Part shown: positions 11,201 to 18,500 of the stretch, piece by piece
How the letters are laid out: every line of letters begins with the position of its first letter
Numbering within the stretch: the first letter of the stretch is position 1
Assembly: GCA_944391885.1 (NCBI GenBank)
Contig: CALXVE010000002.1
Span: forward strand, 1-61,139
Source: an uncultured Clostridia bacterium
GTDB lineage: Bacteria; Bacillota; Clostridia; TANB77; CAG-508
Reading direction: 5' to 3'
Length of the DNA: 61,139 nucleotides
Notes under the pieces: model-generated
Database searches by the model: none
Told to the model about the DNA's origin: nothing
The model's input: only the letters and a program-made list of their open reading frames with translations
Program-made: the position numbers and the translations under genes

Positions 11201-12651
11201 AAATATATATTATCACTTTTATTTGCCATATAATATACTTCTAGGCGTTTCATTAGGTCTTTTACTTTTTCTTTGGAATTTAATATTGTAGGTATTACTA
11301 CAAATGTGGCACTTTCTTCTGGAACACCATTTATATAGTCTAATTTTGGTATTACTCGTGGTTTTACTAATTTTCCTAGTATATATTGTCCTAATTGCAC
11401 AAAAATAATTTTAAGAGGAACTATTAGTAGTATTCCAAGTAAAATTGACCATAAGACTTGCCTTGTTTGATAATACAAATAAACTGAAAATGCTATACTA
11501 GTTAACAAAGTTAATGTATCCACAACTGCTAGCATATATATTAATTTAGTAGTGTTATTTATTGGCTTTGCTTTTTTGCCTGTTAGCTCTTCTAGCAATT
11601 CATGTTTTCCTTCTGCTAATAAATAATACCCTATATGGGCTCTTTTACTTGTCTTATCTGCTTTTTCACTTAGTTCTAAACATTTTTTACTAATATATAA
11701 TTCAGAAATTTTTGTTTTTTTAGAAATTTCCTTTATCTTATTTCTATATACAATTTTTGTTTCATAATCCATTTTTTCATATACATTTGCTGGATCTTTT
11801 TTTAGTATATCTTCTACGCCATTAATTTTTTCAAAAATTTCTGTCATGCTAATTCTATTTAAAGATTTGATACTTGTAATACAGTTTCCTATTATAATTT
11901 TACGCAGTGCAATATCAAAATGTTCCTTTGAGACCACTTCATGCGTTGTCATACCCATTTTGTTTACTTGCTCCTCTAATGCCATTAAAAAAGGATATGC
12001 TTTTTTTCCAAATTTTTTTAGTCTATATGATAAATGCTCAATAAATGGGTATTTCATTTCATAATTTGCTCTTAACTTTTCTTTGTAATTATTTAGATGA
12101 TTAAATTGCAATTCTTCCTTGTTTTTATTTTCCACTAATCTTTCTATAATATTTTCTGCTTTATATTTTTGTATTTGGCTAGAATATATTTTTTCGCAAA
12201 CTTCACGAATATTTTCTATTAATGCAATTTTTAAAAATATACCTATATTCCATATTTCTTCCATACTTAGGCTTTTTCTTTTTTGATATGCATTTATTAG
12301 CTGGCTTAAAGTTTTTGCATCAATCTTATTATTTGTATAATTCACAATTTCACTTGCAAGCACATAAATTCTTGCAAATCCCGCATAAGGTCCATTTGCA
12401 ATACCTAAAAAACTCTTGTATTTTTTTAATGTTAGGTCCTGTCTAATATTTTTTACTTCTTGGTCTATTACATAATAATTATCCAATATCCACTCACCTG
12501 CCGGATGAATTGGAATTTTTAGCTTTATATGTTCATTTAACAATTGGTATACTTCTGAGATTACCTCAAAATTTTCTCTTAAGCGTGGTATTGGGTATGT
12601 GTTTTTATCAGAAGTGCTTTTTATACTATAATCTACTGCTAATTTTTCCAA
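5236..12651 (-). CDS. cyclic beta-1,2-glucan synthase-like giant protein (membrane GT domain + GH94 phosphorylase domain); main ORF of a gene interrupted at both ends
   Basis: 2471-aa ORF with an NdvB/ChvB-like layout: N-terminal …AGEWILDNYYVI…, TM clusters, a central glycosyltransferase region, and a C-terminal GH94-like region. The real start appears to be the ATG at 12714 (MEYKTLSIKGTILTRE, RBS aaggag), separated from the ORF by a frameshift at about 12665-12676. Confidence 0.75.
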   Translation of the reverse strand: MEKLAVDYSIKSTSDKNTYPIPRLRENFEVISEVYQLLNEHIKLKIPIHPAGEWILDNYYVIDQEVKNIRQDLTLKKYKSFLGIANGPYAGFARIYVLASEIVNYTNNKIDAKTLSQLINAYQKRKSLSMEEIWNIGIFLKIALIENIREVCEKIYSSQIQKYKAENIIERLVENKNKEELQFNHLNNYKEKLRANYEMKYPFIEHLSYRLKKFGKKAYPFLMALEEQVNKMGMTTHEVVSKEHFDIALRKIIIGNCITSIKSLNRISMTEIFEKINGVEDILKKDPANVYEKMDYETKIVYRNKIKEISKKTKISELYISKKCLELSEKADKTSKRAHIGYYLLAEGKHELLEELTGKKAKPINNTTKLIYMLAVVDTLTLLTSIAFSVYLYYQTRQVLWSILLGILLIVPLKIIFVQLGQYILGKLVKPRVIPKLDYINGVPEESATFVVIPTILNSKEKVKDLMKRLEVYYMANKSDNIYFALLGDVTAGKNEKESFDDEVINAGIEEAKRLNNLYPDSKFPKFHFLYRKRKWNAKEECFLGWERKRGLLNQFNEYILEKEEDSFLANTIEEAKNLSEMPKIKYVITLDSDTKLTLNTGLELIGSMAHILNKPILNERKDLVIDGHGIIQPRVGISLLDIGKSLFTKLYAGSGGKDAYTNAISDVYQDNFNEGIFTGKGIYDLEIFSQVLAKEIPENTVLSHDLLEGNYLRCGLATDIMLMDGYPTSYSSFKTRLHRWIRGDWQIVPWLFNSIYNKQGDKKKNPLTLLSKYKIFDNLARSLQETLIVFTIIYCVILKLFYKINIAPIIAILIISALMPTILELINRIISKKEAETIQKTFSKNISLVKATLLRGILALGTLPDKAYFSIDACIRTLYRLFISKKHFLEWTTAEEAEKSAKKDLLSYYKNMLPNVVLGVLGLVLLFILPANISSLFVFLISILWLITPSVMWYISKEIKQKEKITELKEEDKQFLLEIGKSTWQYFKDHLNEKTNYLPPDNYQEDRKPKVVLRTSSTNIGLALLAVISSYDLKYENLNDTINLLEKMLQTISNLPKWNGHLYNWYDIQKLEPLKPRYISSVDSGNFIGYLFVLKQFLKNLNVDETQKNKIEQMILDIDTIIQKTDFRYLYDEETRLFSIGFNIEENKLTDSYYDLLASEARQTSLVAIAKKDVPAKHWNNLSRTLTILNKYKGLISWSGTAFEYWMPNINIPKYQASLLAESSEFMLMCQREYAKRLNIPWGISESAFHLKDLHNNYQYKAFGIPWLGLKRGLADEIVVATYASILALPEVPKDVIENLQELKKMGLYQKYGFYESVDYTPTRLKKGQEYALVKTYMAHHQGLILLSINNLFNNNILQKRFMENPQIQAVDILLQEKMPENMIITKEEKEKVEKVKYVDDQTYMQKEFTKPITKLPEINILSSENYTVVTDTKGQGYSKYGKILINRYKKTGDTQQGILFFLKNVKTNRIWSAQHMQYLADSDKYSVLFTPAQTKISREDGNIETITKIGISPNEPVELRTIELINRGLEAETIEITSFLEPVLSDENQDYAHPAFNKLFLSYEYLEDIDSIIVNRRARNASDKTIFLGVNLYTENETVGEIEYEIDKEKFCGRNNLELPDAVKNSSPLTSKINLTTEPIVSFKRTMVLEPEEKVTLSLILAVGEDKEQVIKELNKFRNQETIKYHLELAKAKVEAENRYLGIQTKELELYQKMSGYLLVKNPLKTIKYNSPLEVPINKLWQYGISGDLPIILVKVKDLEDIELVEEAIKAHEYFRLKNIETDLVIINEEKYSYESSVKEAIFASILNQNLGYLQNIKGGIFVLENLSKEDILVLEYRANLSFGSESGSIYRSLKENEEEYLEKIKEMPLEEMPKYVEESTPIRENLPEELKYNNEYGGFSEDGTEYNIRINKEQKLPTVWSHLLVNKNFGTLVTESMGGYTWYKNSKLNRLTAWYNTPVDDCPSEIIYIQDEESKKYWSIGMNPCPDENDYYVTYGFGYAKYKHNSKGMTQKLDMFVPMEDNLKVQVLSLENNELHKKKYKLIYYIKPVLEEDELKTNGFLDLNFFENSNMICMNNIAGEKPQCLFVSSSEKITSYTGNKASFVGKGTISHPEAINQIKLNRENSLWNEGIIAIQCEVELEALENKKIIFTIGVGKDLLECQDLAYQYQNITKIYEEYERTKKYWKNMLQTIQVSTPLESVNLLLNGWLLYQTLAARVWGRTGYYQSGGAFGFRDQLQDCIALKYIDSEFLKEQILKHASHQFIEGDVEHWWHDETMRGNRTRFTDDRLWLVYLTEDYIDFTGDASILDIEVPYLKGEPLAEGIDERYDLYLHSEQSGSVYEHCKKAIEISLDFGENGLPKIGSGDWNDSFSTVGNKGKGESVWLGFFIYDILKKFVPICRLKNEEELAQKYEQVMEKLKRALNSNGWDGRWFKRAYMDDGNILGSIQNEECRIDSIAQSWSVISRSR

Positions 12652-12787
12652 ATAATTTTCTAATTGGTTCCCGTGTTAAAATTGTTCCTTTTATTGATAA
12701 TGTTTTATATTCCATAAAAAATCCACTCCTTGTTTTGATAGATTTATTTCTATCTTCTCCAAAAAGTGGAATTTTTATACAGATTTT

Positions 12788-13498
12788 TTAATTATTAAAA
12801 TAATCCATAATTCCGTTGTAAATTCCCCATGCTAATTTATCCTGATATTCATCTGTTAACAAAAGCTGTTCTTCTTCTTTATTTGATAAAAAGCCACACT
12901 CTACAATTGATATAGGAATTTCTACATGCTTCATAATATATACACTTGTAAGTTGCATTGGCTCCCTTTTATTATCTTTTTGTATTGCATCATTTAAATT
13001 TTGTTGTAAGCTTTGTGCAAGTAATTTACTTTTTTCATCATTTTGTTTATAAAAACATTGCCAGCCCCAATACTGCTCCTGTGGAATTTTGTTTAAATGT
13101 ATTGATACAAATATATCTGCTTGTGATTCGTTACCTATTTTTACCCTATTTCTAACATCAGATACTTTCTTTTCTCTTAGTGTTGTTTTATCCAAATCAT
13201 ATATTCCATTTTCATCACTTCTTGTAAGAATTACCGTGCTTCCAGACTGCTCTAATAAAGACTGAACCTTTAGGGTTATTTTCAAATTTGTTTCAGCCTC
13301 TGTAGTTCCACTACTTGACTCCGCTCCTTCATCTGGTTTACCATGCCCAGCATCTAATATAATTACTTTGCCAGAAACAGGAAGTGTAACAGTTTGCACT
13401 GTTTCAGGCAAATTTGCTTTTTGAAATGTAAATACAAATACTGCAGAAAATACTAATAAGGCAATGAAGCCTAACCTTTTACCATTTAAAATAATCAT
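12788..13498 (-). CDS. cwlD: germination-specific N-acetylmuramoyl-L-alanine amidase
   Basis: 236 aa with signal anchor, then ILDAGHGKPDEGA…ETNLKI…IFVSIHLN…VECGFLSN, an Amidase_3 CwlD-type pattern. RBS gaggtg. Confidence 0.8.
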   Translation of the reverse strand: MIILNGKRLGFIALLVFSAVFVFTFQKANLPETVQTVTLPVSGKVIILDAGHGKPDEGAESSSGTTEAETNLKITLKVQSLLEQSGSTVILTRSDENGIYDLDKTTLREKKVSDVRNRVKIGNESQADIFVSIHLNKIPQEQYWGWQCFYKQNDEKSKLLAQSLQQNLNDAIQKDNKREPMQLTSVYIMKHVEIPISIVECGFLSNKEEEQLLLTDEYQDKLAWGIYNGIMDYFNN

Positions 13499-13540
13499 AA
13501 AAACACCTCATATATTACTATTCTATGAGGTGCTTTTTTA
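13499..13540 (-). terminator. intrinsic terminator whose 3' arm contains the cwlD Shine-Dalgarno
   Basis: Minus strand: AAAAAAGCACCTCATA-gaatagtaata-TATGAGGTG-TTTTT-ATG(cwlD). Stem + U-tract follows the stop at 13548. Confidence 0.5.
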
Positions 13541-13547
13541 ACTTATT

Positions 13548-14495
13548 CTATTTTTTTATTTTACAGTTCTCTGCTTTTCTTCTGTCTATAACATATGTGC
13601 TACCTGGTGTAATTTTAGCTAAATGCTTTACTTGTGCAGCTACTTCTCCAATTTCTAGTACATTGTGAAATCTGCCTTTATCTGCAATTACTACACCTAT
13701 TGAAATAGAAGTAAGTGGAAATTGCTCTAAAACGCATTTTCTATTTGGTACTTCCAAATATCCTTTTTCTATGTCATCCTCATTAAAGTACTGTAATACA
13801 CCTTGGTCAAATTCTAATATAATATCTTGGCAAATTTCTTCACAGTCTATATTTGAGGTTATTGCAACAAAATCATCTCCGCCTATATGCCCAACAAAAC
13901 TATCTTCTGTTTCTGTATCATGGATATGTTTTAAAATGCATCTTGAAGTAAATTTAATAATTTCATCACCATTTAAGAATCCATATATATCATTATATGC
14001 CTTAAAATTATCCAAATCCAGATATAAAATTGCAAAATCCTCTTTATTAAGTAGCCTTTTTTTCATTTCTGCCTGTATTTGTACATTACCTGGCAATCCT
14101 GTAAGTGGGCTAACTCTACGGTTTGTGTCTAGCAATCTTATTACATTTTTTATTGTATAATAAAGATATTCTTCATCAATAGGAGCTTTTATATAATGCT
14201 CCACACATGCCTGTAAAATCTCTATACGGTGTGCTTTTTCTTTGTTTGATGATATAACAATAATTGGGGTAATGCTATTATCCTCGTTTTCACGAATCTG
14301 ATTACATAGTTTTATTATATCTTCTTGTATACCATCTTCATTAATTATAATCAATGCCGGAATATTTTTTAAAACCGTTTCTATTTCCTTTGTTTTTGCC
14401 TTTTTAAATTTATAATCTTTTTCCTTTTTAAATAATTCAGTTAATTTTGATTTTAAATCTGTTCCATCATCAATTAAATAAATATCTTGTGCCAT
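13548..14495 (-). CDS. receiver domain + GGDEF-like domain protein (signature GGDDF)
   Basis: 315 aa. N-terminal CheY-like fold markers (IDDG…, IIVISS, IKAP). C-terminal LTGLPGN…LDLDNFKAYND…HIGGDDFVAI is a GGDEF-family domain with D in place of the fourth-position E. Confidence 0.7.
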   Translation of the reverse strand: MAQDIYLIDDGTDLKSKLTELFKKEKDYKFKKAKTKEIETVLKNIPALIIINEDGIQEDIIKLCNQIRENEDNSITPIIVISSNKEKAHRIEILQACVEHYIKAPIDEEYLYYTIKNVIRLLDTNRRVSPLTGLPGNVQIQAEMKKRLLNKEDFAILYLDLDNFKAYNDIYGFLNGDEIIKFTSRCILKHIHDTETEDSFVGHIGGDDFVAITSNIDCEEICQDIILEFDQGVLQYFNEDDIEKGYLEVPNRKCVLEQFPLTSISIGVVIADKGRFHNVLEIGEVAAQVKHLAKITPGSTYVIDRRKAENCKIKK

Positions 14496-14518
14496 ATTTC
14501 AAGTCTCCTTCATTTGTT

Positions 14519-15469
14519 TTATGGAGTATATTGAAGTTCTGTAGATGCTTTTTTAGTATATCCACTAACATTTGTTACTTCTACTAAAATAGTATTATTC
14601 CCTTCTTTTAGTCCTACTGGACCTAGTTTTATTTCCTTTTCTCCATTTAATTTATTAGCATATTGTTTGCCATTTAAGTTTAATTTTATTTCTGACAATC
14701 CATCTTCATCAGAAGCTTCTATAATGATTTGTCCTGCATTTTGAATTAACTGCATTTTTGGCTCTGAAGTAGTAGCAACAATTTCTTTTTCTATTTGTTC
14801 TACATTACCATTGACATCTTCTGCAATTATATTGATTTTTTTAGTACCTGGTGTTAAGTCAAGTTCTTCTATAATTTTAGTTTGTCCTGGCTCTGTTGCT
14901 TCAATTGTAACTGGTTCTTCATTTTCCCATTGATATGATAAATATGCAATTTCTGTATCATCTGTAGCAGTTATAGTCATTTTTTTGTTTCCATCTTCAA
15001 CTTCAACCTCTATAACTGGTTTTGCAATATCCATACCTTCTATATTATATTGTTTTTGATATTTAACTTTCTTTCCGTTCATATCTTCTATTGTAATATT
15101 CAATACACTATTTTGATTTGGAAGCAATATTGTTTCTTGGGCAGTTCTTCCTCCTTCAGGCAATACAGTTTCTTCTCCATTATTCCATGAATATATTATT
15201 TTAGAAATTTCTGTGCTATGTTCAACATAAATAACTGCTGTATCATTTAGTCTTCCTATTGTAACTACAGGCATTGTTTTTGGGTCTTTTTCTTCTGCTT
15301 CTTTATAAATGGCATAGGAGCCTTCCCCTATCAACGAGATGCCAAATATTGCTATTACAACTGCAAAAAAACGGACAATCCCCTTAATTTCTATTGGTCC
15401 ACTGCTCTTTTTTTCTTTTTTATTTTTATCTTTTTTCTTTTTATTTTCAGTCATAAGAATTTGATTCAT
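14519..15469 (-). CDS. membrane-anchored protein with repeated Ig-like beta-sandwich modules
   Basis: 316 aa with a Lys-rich N-terminus and one TM (FFAVVIAIFGISLIG). It then has about three ~80-aa repeats of similar pattern (…YSWNNGEE…, …YQWENEEP…, …LNLNGKQ…). RBS gggag. No family assignable by eye. Confidence 0.45.
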   Translation of the reverse strand: MNQILMTENKKKKDKNKKEKKSSGPIEIKGIVRFFAVVIAIFGISLIGEGSYAIYKEAEEKDPKTMPVVTIGRLNDTAVIYVEHSTEISKIIYSWNNGEETVLPEGGRTAQETILLPNQNSVLNITIEDMNGKKVKYQKQYNIEGMDIAKPVIEVEVEDGNKKMTITATDDTEIAYLSYQWENEEPVTIEATEPGQTKIIEELDLTPGTKKINIIAEDVNGNVEQIEKEIVATTSEPKMQLIQNAGQIIIEASDEDGLSEIKLNLNGKQYANKLNGEKEIKLGPVGLKEGNNTILVEVTNVSGYTKKASTELQYTP

Positions 15470-15541
15470 TTGTTTATCTCCCTAACTCTATATACAATAA
15501 AATTATATCACACGGTTTTTTTAAAGTAAATAAAAAACAAA

Positions 15542-15578
15542 GAAAAAAAATGGAAAAAGGTTCTTCGCCTTTTCCCAT
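15542..15578 (-). terminator. intrinsic terminator after the adhesin gene
   Basis: Minus strand: ATGGGAAAAGG-cgaagaa-CCTTTTTCCAT followed by TTTTTTTT. Confidence 0.6.
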
Positions 15579-15584
15579 TTTAAA

Positions 15585-18500
15585 TTATATTACAAATTTT
15601 TTAATTAAGATTAATCCTACAGCTAATATTGCAATACATGATAATGTTAATATTACATAACTTTCAGCTGCACCTGTCGAAGGCATCAATATTACTGGAG
15701 CTTCATCTATATCGTCTTCATCTTTTTCATTATTTCCTGGTGTTGAGTCAATATCTGGTGAATCATATTCGTTTTCATCTTGGCTAATTTCTGCCCAGTT
15801 TACTTTTTCTCCCATGTTGTCTTTTCCATTAATCCATTTAAGCACTATTTCTACTGTTGCACTTTCGCCTGGCTCTAATAGAGTATCTGCTAATTGTGTA
15901 GTTATTACTCTACCATCTTCTGTTACTTCCCATTCTGGGTTATCTTCTGGTACAAATTCTAAGCCTTCTGGAATATAGTCTATTAACTCTTTTGCATATC
16001 CTGCAATTTCGCCCTCGTTTGTTACTCTAATGCTAAATCTAAATTTAACTGTTGTTTTATCAATATTTGCTGCTGGAATTTCAACTTTCATTGGTGATTC
16101 TGGGTCATCTTCTGCTGTATGTCCAGATTTTGTTACTGTTGTTTTTCCATTAACTGTTACTATAGATTCTGTTACCCATTTTCTTAAGCTTAAATCAAAG
16201 TATTGTACTTTTACTTTTTCTATATCTATATCATCTTCTCCATCCTCATCATTATCAGGAGTTGAGTCAACGTCATCTATTGGTTCGCCATCTTCATCAG
16301 AATCATCTGTAATTTCTGCTGTATTAATTAAAATTCTGTCAGAAGTATCTGGCTCAGTTACTTTAAATGCAATTTTTAAATCTTTGTAATCAGGCATTGT
16401 CATAGTTTCTGGATTAAATGCTTGTATTAAGTTTGCACCTTCTTCTGTTTCGTTTTCTTTTGATAAGAAATCGGTTTTAATGTAATCTGCTTCTGCTACA
16501 TTTTCTGTTTCAGTTCCATCTGCAGTATACATTTTCCAGTCAAACGCTGTATTTATAGCATGTTCTGGTAAAAACTCTAATCCTTCTGGTAAGTCATCTT
16601 TAACTTCAGAAGCATAACCTGCAACATTGCCTTCATTAAAAATTCTTAATGTATAAATAACTATATTACCATTTGCTACTTGTACTGGTTCTTTTGTATG
16701 TTCATATACATACTCATTTTCTCCAACTTGTGTAAATATTGGAACACGGTTGGTTATTTCTGTTGTTGTACCTCCAAATTCTACACCTGTTATGAATTTT
16801 CTTAATGCCAAGTCAAATCTACGTAATACTAATTTTTCAAAATCATCATCATCTTGTTGTCCTGGTATGTATTCCATACCACTTTCAATCTCAGGGTCTT
16901 TATATTCTGGTAATGTTTCATCACTTGGAATTGTTGCATTATCTTCTTGTGAATCCCTATCTGTAATCCTTGTCCCTTCACTATCTGTAAAGCCTGAAAT
17001 TTCCGCAATATTTGTTATCTTTTCATATAAGTCAATATTTTCCTTTACTCTACATCTAATTTGAACATCAATATAGTCTAATTCTGAATCTTCAGTTCCA
17101 TCAAATGCCTTTAATAACACTTTATCTGTGGCACTTCCATTATCTCTATTTGCATAAATTGCATCTCTATTAGCAGAAAATTCTGTATTAGGCGAAGTGA
17201 TATCTGTTGTTACAGTTCTTCCATCTGTAGATACTTTCCAACCATATCTAGCATTTATCTCATCATCAACAATAAATTCTAATTGAGGTGGTAAATGGTC
17301 TGTAATTTCTGTTACATATCCATCTAAACTACCTTCATTATATACTCTTATTGTATATGTTACTATATCACCATTTGATACTCCAACTGGTTCTTTTGGA
17401 TGATTATATATAGCTGTTGTAGATGTTCCATCTTTTAATGGTGTTGTATCAACGACTGGTGCCCTATTAGATATATTTACTTTATTTCCATTTATATTCG
17501 TCACATCACTAATAAATTTCCTTAGGGCTAGGTCAAAATCTTTTCCCATAATAGTTAAATCTTCATAATCATCATCATCTTGCTCGCCCATACCTTTTGT
17601 TGGGTCTTGTGGATTATATTTTTCTGGGTCTGTTTCTACATTATCTGGCTCTGAATCACGGTCAATTGTGTTTCCATTAATATCTTTATGTTCTGTAATT
17701 TCTGCAATGTTTTTTAAGATTTTATCTTCTTCTCCTACTTTTGCAGTTACTTTACATTCAATTTGTAAATCTATGTAATCTAATTCCAATGTTTCTTTAT
17801 TAAATGCTAAAAGTTTATTTTCTTCACTTGCCAAATAATCTGTTACAACTGTTTTTCCATCTTCTGATGGATTTTTCCAACCAAACTTGGTATTAATTTC
17901 ACTATTTTCTACAAATTCTAAGCCTTCTGGTAAATAGTCGGTTATCTCTGTTGCCCAACCATCAAGTTCTCCTTCATTATATACACGAATTGTATAAACA
18001 ATCGTATCGCCTGTTTCTATTATTAATGGTGTTTTTGTATGTATTTTCTCAACAGTTAGCTTTCCACCTGTTGCCAAAGCTTGTAGTGCTTCGTCTGTTA
18101 TTACTGGTTCTCTACTATTTTCTCCTGTTAATTGGTTACCATTTACAGAATAAATAAATTTTCTTAGTGCTAGGTCAAAATATTTTCCTGGTAAAATTAA
18201 GTCTTCATAATCATCATCATCTTGCTCACCCATACCTTTTGTTGGGTCTTGTGGATTATATCTATCTGGGTCTGTTTCTACATTGCCTGGCTCTGAATCA
18301 CGGTCAATTGTGTTTCCAATAATGTCTTTATGTTCTGTAATTTCTGCAATGTTTTTTAAGATTTTATCTTCTTCTCCTACTTTTGCAGTTACTTTACATT
18401 CAATTTGTAAATCTATGTAATCTAATTCTAATGTTTCTTTATTAAATGCTAAAAGTTTATTTTCATCACTTGCTAAGTAATCTGTTAAAATTGTTTTTCC

